This document shows positions 49,548-63,315 of a stretch of DNA of 64,000 nt, piece by piece. The translations under genes and the position numbers were made by a program. The notes beneath the pieces were generated by a model that was not told the origin of the DNA, ran no database searches, and saw only the letters and a list, made by a program, of their open reading frames with translations. Every line of letters begins with the position of its first letter. Within the stretch, counting starts at the first letter, position 1. Origin of the DNA: Leptogorgia sarmentosa (taxonomy: Eukaryota); assembly GCA_964658305.1 (NCBI GenBank), contig OZ210884.1, forward strand, positions 4,898,001 to 4,962,000, read 5' to 3'.

Positions 49548-52500
49548 CTAGAAAATGGAGAAAAGACCAGCAACATTACATCCACTATTGCCCAAGGCAG
49601 TTTATAAGGTTTAAACTGAAAAAGGAAAAAATTAGGATATTTAGTCTGATTGAATAGAATTGTAATAAAACAACGTTGAGCAGAATGCTCGTAATTCGTT
49701 CTAAGGTATTCGTATTAAGATTATTTTGCAGCACTGTTGTTCAAAATAGTTTGCAAAATCTCGCAAAACAAACTATTTTCAATGCTGCGTTTTAATCTTG
49801 ACCTTAGAGCTTTATTAGAAAGTTATTTTATCAACAACCTTCATGGGTAGGTGTTAAATTAACATCTCCCCACACATTGGCAAAATCTCGCAAAAAGCCG
49901 GAGTGTCAAAAATTTGACCGCATATGTCATTTCAATGACAATTGACCTGAAAAGGTAACAGTTTATCAAGTTATAGATACATCATAACAAAAAAATTGTT
50001 GTTTCAAACAAAAAGAAAAAAAACTTACCTTGTTTGTCCGATACAAACCTGATTGCCAAGTAAATTGATCATTTCAGGATATTTTCAAAAAACACCTGCA
50101 TTTTTCGCGACAAGCCCGTTCCGCAAAATTTCACCAGCGGAAACCGGCACCTTCAAATAGAAAGAAAAGATCTAATTTGAAAATGGGGCCCGATGCATGG
50201 TTAGAAATTATATGGGTTTGTTGCAGTGAATGCGAAAAAAAAACACATATTATGCTTATAATTATCTTATTTGGCAATCAATCTACACAATTGCATTTTT
50301 TATGTCTAAAATCTAACGAAAAATAGTTATAAGCTATAAATTACTCAAGTCTCACTCAAGGCACATCTATACGTAGATATATACTGTACTGCAGTGGCAG
50401 TACCCAGTATTAGGGCCTTTGTTAACAATGTGTTCCCCTCCACAACCCCTTCTTCCCTAAATCCTTTTCCATACCAAATCACACCCTTCCCCTAGGAAGG
50501 AATGATAAGTAGTCAAAACCAAATTGAGGCCCATATTTATTTGTTGTCTTCGTGTAACAAACTCGACCGAAAGTGCTTTGTCTATCTAACACTAAGTAAT
50601 GACAAATTATCCTAAATAAACCGCCGCTGACTCGTCAGACTATTGTCAGTGACGCATTTTGTCACAATTAAACCAATCGCAATGTGATTGGTTCATGTTC
50701 ATTATATGTGGCTAGATCCGAATCCATATTCTGATGTTCAATAATGTGCATTCGATTGTGACGTTGATCAACAAACGGAATGTTATTGAATTGTCGTTGA
50801 ATGCATAGAACTACATATTAATTTCGTTCAAAAGATATTTAAGTAATTAAGTTCAGTTATTGTTTCGAGACAAATGGGGATATTTTACTTGCGCCGCGTT
50901 TAAACGTTAACTAAACCCCTCTCAGTTTGGCATAATCGACCCAGTATGAGAATTTAATTCTGGAATGTTATTATTCACAGATACCCTAATCTTGCGTAAT
51001 ATTCTTCATACTACACCTTGCTAAACCGCAGGTTGTCTAGAACAGGTCACACCTTGCAAAAGCATTTCTGAAATTCCACAGGTGTCGCTCACGCAGATTT
51101 CAGTCCAATTCAAACATTACCAAGACATTCATATGGGAAATTCAACATGCTATTGCTGCATGTGGCCAAATCGCAGTGTTCGTAAATTTCAAGAAATGTC
51201 AGAACGGAATATTTGAATATTTTTCTAATCAAGTTCCTTCCTGCTAATTTCCTGTATATAATATCGTTGAAATCAAACTGGGGTGAACTGGCGTATACAG
51301 TAACTATATATATACGTATATTATATCGCAAACAAACTTGAGTATAGCGCCAGTGTAGGTGGAACATACTCATACAACAAACAGTGAAGATTCTAGACCT
51401 ACTCCCCAACGTTTCGGAACGTTGATCTTAAAGACTGGTTTTCATTAGGAAACGACGGTCGGCGATCGTGCTTTTACGGCTGTCACCTAGTGTCGCAAGA
51501 GGGGTATGCCGGATGACAACCGTTTGCAAACCATTTGTCGCCGACGCAGTTCATTTGCGATTGTCGCCGATGTCAGTTCATGATATAATTGTTAGTTTCG
51601 ATTGTTCAATGAATACAAACAACGCGCTACCAACAACAGGCACCCGAACTTTTACTGTATCGCATAAACAATCAAGCTTATACTGATATTGGCCTACTCC
51701 AAACATCTATGTTCAAACGTTAAAGCTAAAAACAAAGCGCCTTGAAGTATACAAGAATTGGCAAGAACGACAGGCCACACATTAGTTTCAGTTGAAATTG
51801 TCCCCAAATATCTTTACATGATCGAGTCAAAGTCAGTTGCGTCACATTTAATACTCACATAGGCATATACACTGTACGCGCGGTATTTGGGCAAGTCATA
51901 TGCATATTCCCCACTTATTTTGTGCAATTACGTAAAACTTTTCGCGTACTTACATCAGTCGAATAACCAAACGTTCCATGTTTAAGAGAAGGTGCCTTTT
52001 CGCTGCGAGATGTAAACAGCCACATCTACCAACCAAGGGCAGGAATGAGGAAATGAAATACGAGATGTTTAATTTTGGCTTAAAGGAATAAATTATTCCC
52101 TCCTGTGGTTCAATTATGCCATTTAGGTGACTGTTTATTATAATAACCGTGAGTGCTTTTTACATAAGAAATGCTCTCCTTTCCAACCGTATAAAGTAAT
52201 ATTTTCGTGGATATCTTTCGTCTGCATTGCCGAACGTAATATAGATAAGTAGTGGTGTGATCGTGTGACAAGAAATTTCAATATTTGACCAGTGTTGGTA
52301 GCGGATAACAAATAACAATATCAACAAACAACCAAAGCTATACCTAAACGATACATGCAGATTTGTCATTTTGACCGCGAGCAAACAAAAGGTCCTTCAT
52401 CGGAGGCATTTGCACGAAACGGTGATCCTCCTATTCAGTTTGGCGAAATACCACAAAAATCACTAAAATATTTATTCGGTATCACTTATTTAGACTGTTA

Positions 52501-55500
52501 GACCATAAACTCAAATCCATTCAGGAAGTTGACACTCAAAAACCACAATGTCAATTACCTAAGTTTCGAAATTGATAGCTGCCTACACAATTTGTGATCA
52601 TGCATATCTTGTTCAAACGACATTTATATAATTGTGATTAATATACGTAAAAGGGAGTCATTGTTCTTGTTTTGGCACAAAAAAACTTCCAGGCAAAACT
52701 GGAAAGGAAGCAGTTCAATTTGTCTCGCGAAACTGAAAAAAAATACGGAACTCTGGTGCATGTGGATTTTGAATTGCGATCAATTATATTAAGTGAATCA
52801 AATTCCTCACGCCAACCCTCTACTGACCACATATGGTCCACGCTTACATGTTCAAGCAGTTCCCACAGTTGGACTAATACATTTCTATGCATAGCGACTT
52901 CAATACGTGTTGATATTGCACTATTGCACCCTATTAATTATGCCTTGTAGCTGCAAATTAATTTGGCCCTTTCTCGATTTGCAACCGAGTATTTTGATTA
53001 ATACTGAAATTTGTACTACGTTATCAGCGTTAGCATTCGTGTGAGGTTTTTATTGATTCGGTCATATTGACATTAAAACGTGGCGAATCAAAAATTTACA
53101 AAGGGAAAGTGAGCAAGGAATATTGGGCTTCTCTATCGTGTTTTAACGTGTTGTTGAACAAACATTCCAATTAGCAAGACCCGATCAAACTCATGATTAA
53201 GCTGCTCATTCATACTCGTTATAAAACCCATGCCCATATTCAATTGCAATTCATTGTTCATTTTTCAAATGTAAAGTATATATGGCTATCAATGGTACAT
53301 TGCATTTACCTCTTTTATTGAAGTTTCATCAATATCAGTTCCGGATTCTTCAGGAACATGTTTGTTTAATCATATTTGGCTAAGAAATCTTGAGGGTTCT
53401 CTTGATTGAGGAAGTTGAGACCGGACGTTTAAAATCTGCCTGTTGCATGTTAAAAAAACATAAGAAGATCACACGATCGCCGTAAAATAAAGACAATTAA
53501 TCAATTCCAGTACATTCGCCGTTATATTTGGCATCAAAATAATTATGAAAGTCAATTTTCAGGTCCTATTGATAATTGATATGCAATGCCAACAATATCT
53601 GTGCCAAAAGCCAATAACACTTCACGCATAATCACGAATGATCGATGTGTTGACTTGCAGTATTGTCCTGAAAAAAGTGATTGATTTACAAGACAATCGT
53701 GATGAGTATTGCGATTTAGTTTTAAAAACATTATTTCTATGGTTCATTATCTTGATTGTTTTCGGCAGGCAACCACAAAGAAGACTCGGCCCTATACAAA
53801 AGAATTAAGACCTTTGTCATCTTACTCGCCAAATAATATTTTTGCCTGTATACCATTTCATTATTTCATGCCCGTAGACTCGAACCGTCAAATACTCGAT
53901 TTCCACATTATGTTTTTCCCATGAAAACTTAATGGTACTATTGGTTTCGAAAACAGCATGTGATAAACATTTTGGTTTCGAATGTCAGTCCAAAGTTCAT
54001 GCATATATACAGCCAATCAAAGCATAACAGGAACAGCATTTTATCATTATTTACAAAGCATTTTATATGAAGCCCTTTTGTAGCACAATACATAGTAAAT
54101 AGAAGGCTGCTCATAAGAATTCATCGCACAAAACTGCAATATTTACCTACCAGACCTAAATATAAAACATTGCTCAAATATGAATACAAAATATCAATCA
54201 CGTCATTAAGTAAAGCATGGCTCAATTTCGTCTTTTTTTGTGATTTTTGTATTTAACATCAATAGTCAAAATGACGGTAACCAAAATTTAAAACATCGAA
54301 CTCGTACGATATCAGCTAAAGTGTTTTGGCTAGCAGCATGTAGCTACACAACTGGAATGTCGGAAATCCAGGAATCTTAATAACTTTCTTCACAGGGGTT
54401 TGTAAAGACAAAAAGAGAAGAATGTTTCAGCTGATATAGTTGCAATTAGTGGTTTGTCTCGCAAAAACGTTTGAAACAAAAATAACTTTGGCTTCCAACC
54501 AAAATATTCATAATTTTGTTACCATAGCATAAAGCAAAATGTTTTGACTTCTAGTTTATTCTGCATATTATATAATTTGCCTATAGTTATGATTAGATAA
54601 ATATGACTGCTTAATAATGCGAAACTTAATATGTCGACGGAGTGAGCAATAAAGTGAGCAGTCGCCGAATAGTAGAATTGACGAATTGCATGATATCGAT
54701 TTTTCGCACTTCTGAGTGATTGTAGCGAAATCAACTGAACGGCAACACATCTATCGGCAATTCGGCAGTTAAAATGTCTCTGGCTTATAAACTGTTCCTA
54801 ATTCGATCTTCGCGATTTTCGAAGAATCGATTTTCCTCATTCCTGCCCTCCAACTGAAATTCCAAATCCACGCCATTGCAAACAACCAATTTTTGGTTCG
54901 CCCTGCTTTTTACATGCTCTATATAATAATAAATTATGAGCAGACACAAGATTTATATCGGTTCGCAAGCTGCAACCGCAAACTCACTATAACAGACCAT
55001 GCAGTGAGAAAGACGAGTTATAATTACGTCGAATAGAATAATTATTTTGACAGCCCAAATGAAATAGCGATTCACAAACTGGTGTCGATCAGCAACAATA
55101 TCCTAGTTCGATGGGGTGGCGGCCCGTGATTTTAGGCCGGGGAACGAATTTAGCTATACTAAAATGGGCTTGCCATTTTTTGAAAAATTGAAAAGATTTA
55201 ATGAAAAATATATAGTTCTATCAAAATGACTGATTGATGATTAATATATAATGGAAGGTTGATATATAATTATGCAACATGCTACTGAAAATACGTTAAC
55301 ACACAGTTTATTTGGGGACTATTTTGTGTAATTTGAATAACCAGCCATGCATGCGTATAAGTCCTTGCGTAAGTACCTTGCGATTTTGAAAAAATCTCGT
55401 TTAAACCTATTTCCGTAGTAAAGATGTTGTTAAAAACCTTTCTATATAACTACGCTGACGAGATAGCGCACAGCTTCGATTGCATGTCCAAATCACTATA

Positions 55501-55758
55501 AATGAATATCGAAAAAGAGAGTTCTATTGGCCAAATTAGATCCCAACAAATCGTTTGTGCAAACGTATCTTCCGAAAAGAACAATTTAAAATGCTATTAT
55601 TTAAGAAAATATTGTGCTTTTTAGCTAATAAAACTTGGTATAATGAATCGTTTTCGCAAGCTTTGGACATTGTAAACGGGGGACTTGCATTTGTCCAATT
55701 CTAGTGTAATATATAGATCTTAAACTGATTCAATGTCCAAAGCCTATATGTTAAAATG

Positions 55759-58700
55759 TTAATTTCGATAGTAAAATCTCTGGGAGCGGTTGTTTCCACT
55801 TCGTTGTGCCTCATTGTAATAACGGGACCACCAAGTTGGCATTCTTGATAAACTTCTGGTCATTGAGTGGCTCCTCATTTCATGTCCTTCCTCTTCTTGG
55901 AAATATTTGCGACGATTCTAAAACGAAAAATAATATCATTATAGTGAGTGTATTAATCTGTTGTGTCGGTCAATATGAAAATATCAGGTGGAACTATTAA
56001 ATATATTTACTGGATGTGTGTTGTACACCTCAACTATAATAGGGAATTATACAATTTCACTATAGCTAAATTCACGATGCTCTTTCTAACTGTGCTAATG
56101 AATGTCCATTGAATTCAAGAAATTTTCTTATACCTTACGACGAACTTGCTTCTTCCGAATGCGAAAGAAGACCACCATGAAAACAATCAGCAGTACCACG
56201 ACCACAATGGCAACAGCAATATAAATGATCACAGAAGCTGTAAAATATCATAAATATCTTATTATCTTTTTCAGGTTGTCAATTGCGTATTGTTTCATAT
56301 TCGTCTGCATCGGAAAGATAGAGAAACGAGTTTAATAAAGTGAATCATTTTGTAGCTGACAAAGCATTTATGTTTAAGCAATGTTCAAATAAACAAACAA
56401 ATAAATAAACAAAGAACAAGCAAACAAACAACTTAGCAAACTAACAAACTAACAAATTAATGCTTGTTTAACAATGTGTTGTTTTTTAGAACAGTGGATA
56501 AAACTGCTTCCCAGTTATCATAGTCCTTTCTCTATTTACAGTTATCAAGTCATATTTTACTATTAAAAGTAATTCGTTTGTATCACATTATATACCCAAA
56601 CCATCACATTAACATCAAGCCCAACCCTGCCCTAACCCTATCCCCAAATAACCCTATACTGAAACATAAAATGATAGCCCCAATAAGTATTTCTTGTAAG
56701 TAAAATGTGCATGCAACATAATTGTTTATTCTATGAATATATAAACAAGAGTACAGAGATACGGAATGTTTGATATTGGCAGACGTCAATGCATGACAAA
56801 CGCAACACGAGTGAAATGTCAAAATATAAGATTTCTTACTATCTATTGCCTTGGTTTCTTGCAGAAAATCCACGCAGGGGTAATGTTTACACTACACGCC
56901 ACATGTTTACACTACTGCGAGCAGGTGGACGCAAGAAAATGTCAGCCAACCAAATGCTGATACGATAAATTTTTACCAGTGAAAAAACTCGTATGATCAA
57001 TCAAATGCTGATACGAGAAATTTCGCTCGTAAAAAACATGGCGTTAGGATATGAATTAAATTTCATCGCTCCATGGGCGTAATTATTCATAATTAAATAA
57101 TCTTTATATTCATACAATAAAAGGATTTCTCTTGCACTTACATCCTTCAGTTTTTTCCGTTTTTACTTCTATTTTCAGTTCATCGCCATTTCCTTCATTG
57201 TTATATCCACGAACGGTGATAATATAAAATGTACCTTCATTCAGATCATTTAATACTGCGTTGGATTCTCCCGTCGTAATATTTTCAGTTTTAAATTCTT
57301 TCTCGGTTGAGGCCTTATGGCTAACCGTGTAACCATCAATAGCAAAAAGTTCGTGGGCAATTGGTTTGTCCCAAACTATTTCAATTTTGGTTTTTGTGAC
57401 ATCTGTATGTGTAAGATTTGTCGGGGGTGGTGGAGTACCTAAAACAATGGACAATGAGAAATCTTCAGAGCGCAATTCCCTTTGAATCAATGACTGTCTG
57501 TCCTGCTCAAAGCTTAATCCCATTCCATTTTCTATCCAGGGGCGCCCACTAAAAAGAGGGGATGGGAATGGGGGTGTAGGACACACCCCAGCTTTTTTGT
57601 CATTAGTTTTAGTATTTTAGTCCTACGGACAAAAACTAATAAATATATATTCGAATATTTATTCATTTAAAGTGGTTTTTCTGTGCTTCTGTGTGATCTT
57701 GCACCTGCAGCTTGTGAACGGATATTCTCACGGCCGTTAATGATACACATTTACTGATAGATAAGTTGTGGTATTCACACGTCATGACCGAGCTCATAAG
57801 CCACCAATATGTACACCTACTGGATATTGTTTCTTTGTTGGTGCAACCCAGTCCCAGTGCATGAATTAAAGCTCATTTTTTTTAAAAAAAGAGAAATCTC
57901 AGTTCCTATTTTACCCCTCGGAACTCTCATCCGAATTCCACTCGTTATGAGGATGATGAATATATATAAGCTAAGCAAATAGTTTAGTAACTGTGGCGCG
58001 TTAATTAACGGCTTAAATTTTATCAACTGAATGCGTAATTGAACATAATAATGGTCGTGATGTACGTATATTCAGAATATTAAAAGCACTTGGTCCACCC
58101 CTCTTGGGTGCATGCAAGGTTATTTTCGTTTAGGCTTTTATTTCCTTAAAGAAGAAGACCTCTTTCATTCCTTGGGGTCACATAGAGACAAATTGTAGCA
58201 ATAATTTGACATGAAGGTGCAAGAAGGTTCAGCATAACTATAGTGATCCTAATCACATGAACTTTTCTTTCAAAGACCAAGAGAAAATTGGAAGAGTCTG
58301 CCTGCCTTTCCTTTAAAACTTTTAAGTTTTACTTTTAAGTATTATCAGACCTTAAAAGGTCTGATAATTGTGAAAAGACATTTATCAAAATTCTATTCAC
58401 TTTTTTCAAAATATGTTAAAAAATGACTACGATGCAATGCGTTGAATGGAGAGCGTTGAAAAGTTGCATGGAGAGACAACGATTACCTGCAATCGTGACC
58501 TCTTTTAAGTCAAAAGTTCCAAGCTTCCCTGTTTTTATTATTTCCTCTTTTACAGTTTCCGCAACTACGATTTTCTTGTTTAGGACGGGATCTCTTCGAT
58601 AAACGACCTTAAAGTCGACCACAACAGAACCGTTGCTAACAAAAACACATGAAAGTAGTGTTACGACAATTGTATAGTAAGATTCAAGCCTTTCCGCGGT

Positions 58701-61700
58701 AATTCTAAGGCCGTGGTGCATCATTGTAAATTATGGTATGCGTTAAAGTACGTTCCATGGTGTCAGCTAGATCTAGCTCATGTGTAAGTTTGGGCAAAAT
58801 TACGACCTTATTTCCAGTGCACCATGCACAAGTTGCCGCGAAAACGTTTCGGTGGTGCAGTGCTTATGCGTGGTCCGTACAATAGTAGCGGCACTAGAGT
58901 GGAGTACTCATTATGTATGCAAGAGGAGATGGACGTACATGACATCATAATTTATGCATAATTTTGTGATTATATCTCTGACGTCAAAGCCAGTTTGGGC
59001 GGACGAGTTCGGCCAACATAGCCTTTAGACTGTGAATTAAGTCTCAAAGGTGCATGGAAGCGTCTTTCTAGATTTAACCCAGCAGATTGGAGCATATCGC
59101 TTTTCTGCCACAGCGATAGAGTGTCTGCATGCATATGATCCAGCGGTTCCAACACATCTTTTTTTCATGTAATGAGTTGATAAATGCAGCATTCGTAATA
59201 TTTTCAAAAAATTACCTGAAACCCAAGATATCAATTCTTACAAAGTTCGGGGTGTCTTTAAATTTTTCAGTCAGCTAAAAAATGAAAAGAATTCATTTAC
59301 TTTATCTTCCATTCTTCTCCTTCTTGTTATATTCAGACTATTCTGCACACATTTGCCAACCATGCATATAGCTATGCTTAGAGTTCAACGCCCTTTATAA
59401 TCAAGTTTATCACATAAGACTCAAAATTGCCACTGACTCAAGCAGGAAAAGTAGGAGTTTCATTAGTAATTTGGCATCTTCTGTTTTTTCAGGCAGTAGA
59501 GAAGATGCATTTTATCAATTTTATGAAATCAATGTTTTAGCAAGCCTAAACCTCCGCTGTTGAATTGCACTTTATAGGTCGTCTTGTATCTGATTTTGAA
59601 TACCTGATATAATTCGGACGCGAGTTTTGTAAATGCAAGCTTGTGAAACTATAGTATTGTAAATCTACTGGCGGAGTAATTCAGCAATATCTATTCCACT
59701 ATTGACTCTTCAAAACCTTTCCCGTAATAAACATGTCACTGAAAAATACTGTCAAGTGTTTTCATAGTACGTATTTAGCAACAACAATCGCGTGGTGGTT
59801 TTTAGCTTTCCTGTATCCAAAAGAAGATTTAAGAGTCAATAGTGGAGTAGATATATTGAAATATATTGGAAACAAAGTTACAGGGTTCGAATTAAAGTAA
59901 AGCGTATCACGGACAGGACATAACCCGGATGCGGCGTCAGCAACATTATTGTGCTTTTGCATGCGTTTCCAGTTTATTTCTTTGAATGTCTATGGTTGGA
60001 TATACCTCATGGGTGATGTTCCTTTCCAATGTTTTATAAGCTGGTGATGAAGAGTTCTTCAACTCTTCTGTAAACTCATCTTGTATAGCTAATATAACTT
60101 CAATCTGGATGTACTCTGGAATGAAGATTAAAGGAATCTCTTGAATGGAATAGTTCACTACGATGCATTGCAATGAGAACATGTACACATGTGTGTGAGG
60201 GGAGCGCTAGCGAGAGTGTGGCAACGTGCAATATTATCAATCTGGGGTTTTTATTTCAATTGTTAGATAAAACTGCAAAACGTTTTGTCCAGGAATACAG
60301 CTTACGGAGGCAAACATTCTCGACAAAACTACGACTATATTTTTATATTTTTATAGATATACAATGCCAATACACTCAACGATTGGTTCCTTCTAGGCCA
60401 TTTATAAAATTTACAGTTCGTGTTGTAGTATAAGCGGATGCAGTGCATATAAAAAGCATTTATGCGCATGCTTATACATCAGCAGTATAGCACTTGTGCA
60501 GGTTTTCCTTATTTAGGCTATCATTTTTGTGCAAATTTTTTTTTGTGTTCAAAGACCGTGAAAACGTAGCAACCCCAAATTTTCGTGCTGGCTTTGTCAC
60601 TAATCGTTCTTGCCATCAAATCTCGCATTTATGAAGAAGAGAACCGCCTAATAAGTACTACAATAATTTGATTCTAGAATACATTTTCCACTTCTGCAAG
60701 ATTCTGGAATTCAATTTCACTGACCTACACATATTGTTCCATCATAATAATATCCTTCATTGCAAGGACATGAAAAAGTGTCATCCATAAGTTGTTCGCA
60801 CGTCGAATATTCTGGGCAATCGGCTGATGGACATATTCCTGTGAAAAGAAATACATTTTATACATTTCCGTGTCACTGAGGAATGCGGAGGCCTGGGGGT
60901 GACCCTTACGAAAAATACACATGTAAAAACCCACATGTGAAACACATGTGTAATTTTCATAAGGGGAGATTGCTAATAATTATTTGGCTCGCACGGGTAA
61001 ATGCACATATATTGTGAAGTGCAAACTGAAAAAACATTTTCCAATATGTCATTGAAGTTGGACCAGTTTGGCAGTTTCGTTCACGGACAAACACGATAAA
61101 AAACTTGAATGACTCCTAATTTCGACGTACAGTAACATGCATCTTCTCATAGACCAAAGATGGCGGACGACTTGTTGTTTTCCAATATTTTTTTTCAGGA
61201 GTCAAGCAAGATCCACGAATATAATTGGCTCAATAGATAATCTAAACCTTCTTTCTTTCAGATGTTCTTTTCATTGCGTTAGAGTAAATAAATATATTCT
61301 GTATGCATTTACCTACAAATACAACTTGAAGGGCATTTGGGTCAACAACAAAATCACCAAATGAACTGTTTCGTACAGAAGAGTACAACTCAGTGAGGCC
61401 TTCGGTATCTTTATCTGTGAAAAGAAACTCCAAGTCTGCTATAATGCTGCCATTTCTGTAAAATTTTTAGTAAAAGGAATGTTATCAAATGACTAATATT
61501 CAAATTTACTGTGAATGGGTAGCATGACGTGGATTCTGTCTTTGGAACCGGTGTGTCAAGAAAACATCGCCATATTAACCGGGTTTTTTTACCTTAATTT
61601 GGTTATAACCACCTCAAGGTATTCCTCGTTGTTCTCGTATAATTTTGCCACCTATAATGATGTTAAGTTTATGAGCACAGTTGCATGCATGTACATTTAC

Positions 61701-63315
61701 ATGTCAATATATGGCCTGAAATGTAGGGGCAACAATATCAACAAGCAGAAAAAATTCTATTCTTGCTACACGAACAGTCAATAAGACACCACTGGAAAAA
61801 CCATTTTATTAAAACCACATACCGCTGTTTTTATTCTTGCTTCAATTTCTTTGAACTCTGGAGAGTTTTTCTCAGCATATGCAGCAACGTACTTTCCCTC
61901 GAATCGCAAGTTCGCACGATGTCGATTAAAGCCTGAAACATAAGAAAGATTAGCATTTTATTTCACATGTGAAATTTCCGTAAAGCCCAGCGCAGCCCAC
62001 ACTAGAAGAAGCAGCTAAGCATCACTCGTGAACATTAGCGTAAAGCTACATTTTTCACGAGCAAATTTTCTTTTGACAAATTTGTTGTGTCATTGAATGC
62101 ATTTGCAAAAGCTAACTAGCTAGTTTTTAAACACATGCTATGACCAAAATAAATTTGGCCAAAATCCTAATATACAATTCCTATATTAAAAAAAAAACAC
62201 ATTAGGCACATGAAATTTGTCAAAGAAAATTTGCTCGTGTAAAAGAGGCTTAAGCTGTTTCCTGTTTTCGCTAGTGTGCGCTGCCATTTTTTGTGATTTC
62301 TGCCACGCGTGTAAACGGCGCAGCATATTCAACATGTTGGATAGTTTTCGCAGGAGTGAAATTTTCCTCGCAGTCTGCACGCGTCCTGATCGAGGAATTA
62401 TCTCGAAACTTCAACGAACTGCGCATGCCCATCTTGAGTTTTGAACGCATGCGCAGTCTCTTTGACTGCTAAGGTATTTCCTCAGGACGCGCGCGAACTG
62501 TGGGGAAAACTTCACTCCTGCGCACACTAGGGGAAACTGCTTACGCCAATGTTCACACCGATGCTTAGCTTAGCTGTTTCTTCTAGTGTGAGGCGGGCTT
62601 TAGTCAAAGACACGTGGAAGCGAAGCCTATACACAAAGTAAATGGGTCAGCTGTCGGCCGCCGACAAAATGCTTTGCGATAGATACAATTCATAAAAAAA
62701 ATAGGCACGCACGATGCGTGCATGCGTCTACGTTGATGGCTTGCATTTGAAACTCGCTGTATGATCAGTATAATACCAAATAATACAAGTATAATCCCAC
62801 GAAATAGTAAATGAAAACCCCGTTTAGAAATCGCTTTACAGAAGCTTGGAAATTAGTCCTTCGAACGAACGTTAGAACAACGCACACTTGCGAAACACGC
62901 CACAGTGAATCGCATACGTCACGAGTTCATTTGCCGAAAGTTCGATACATCATTGGCAGAGATAACAACGTTTGAGCGTTAGTGTTTACCTTGAGAGCTC
63001 GTGTCGTCAAAATACGTCATATTCGTTGTCGAAACACAGCCAGCCTGCGAGAAATTTTACGCTTACATAGCCTCTACGTTGCTTAGCAACGTAGACGCAA
63101 AAACCGTAGTAATATCATTGAGTTGGTCAGCATTACGTTCTTACACGTTTTATACCAAATAATAACATAATGTTTACCTGTAACACATCTGCTGACTTTG
63201 CTGTCTTCGCTGACTACTATTCTTCCATTGCAAACGCATCGATAAGAGCCAAGAATATTGACACATTCAAAGTCATTTTGGCATAAGGATGTATCGGTTC
63301 TACATTCGTTGATGT
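55759..63315 (-). CDS. Gene D (5' part probably beyond the window): cbEGF - SEA - EGF - SEA - FN3 - TM - tail
   Basis: Exons 63178-63315 (DINECRTDTSLCQNDFECVNILGSYRC), SEA-a 61823-61932, 61593-61651, 61313-61455, EGF 60725-60838, SEA-b 60006-60115, 59216-59274, 58487-58635 (NGSVVVDF), FN3 57142-57438, TM 56134-56237 (SVIIYIAVAIVVVVLLIVFMVVFFRIRKK), probable tail exon 55759-55917 (less certain). Confidence 0.82.
60903..60965. mobile_element. 63-bp miniature TIR element with CCCTTAC termini and GA target duplication
   Basis: ga|CCCTTACGAAAAATACACATGT ... ACATGTGTAATTTTCATAAGGG|ga. Confidence 0.7.
61983..62600. mobile_element. Long-TIR MITE with a second MITE nested inside (about 62044-62250)
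   Basis: Outer ends aagccc..cacactagaagaagcagctaagcatc / gatgcttagc..ttcttctagtgtgaggcgggctt. Inner TIR ttttcacgagcaaattttc / gaaaatttgctcgtgtaaaa, flanked by TAA. Confidence 0.7.
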
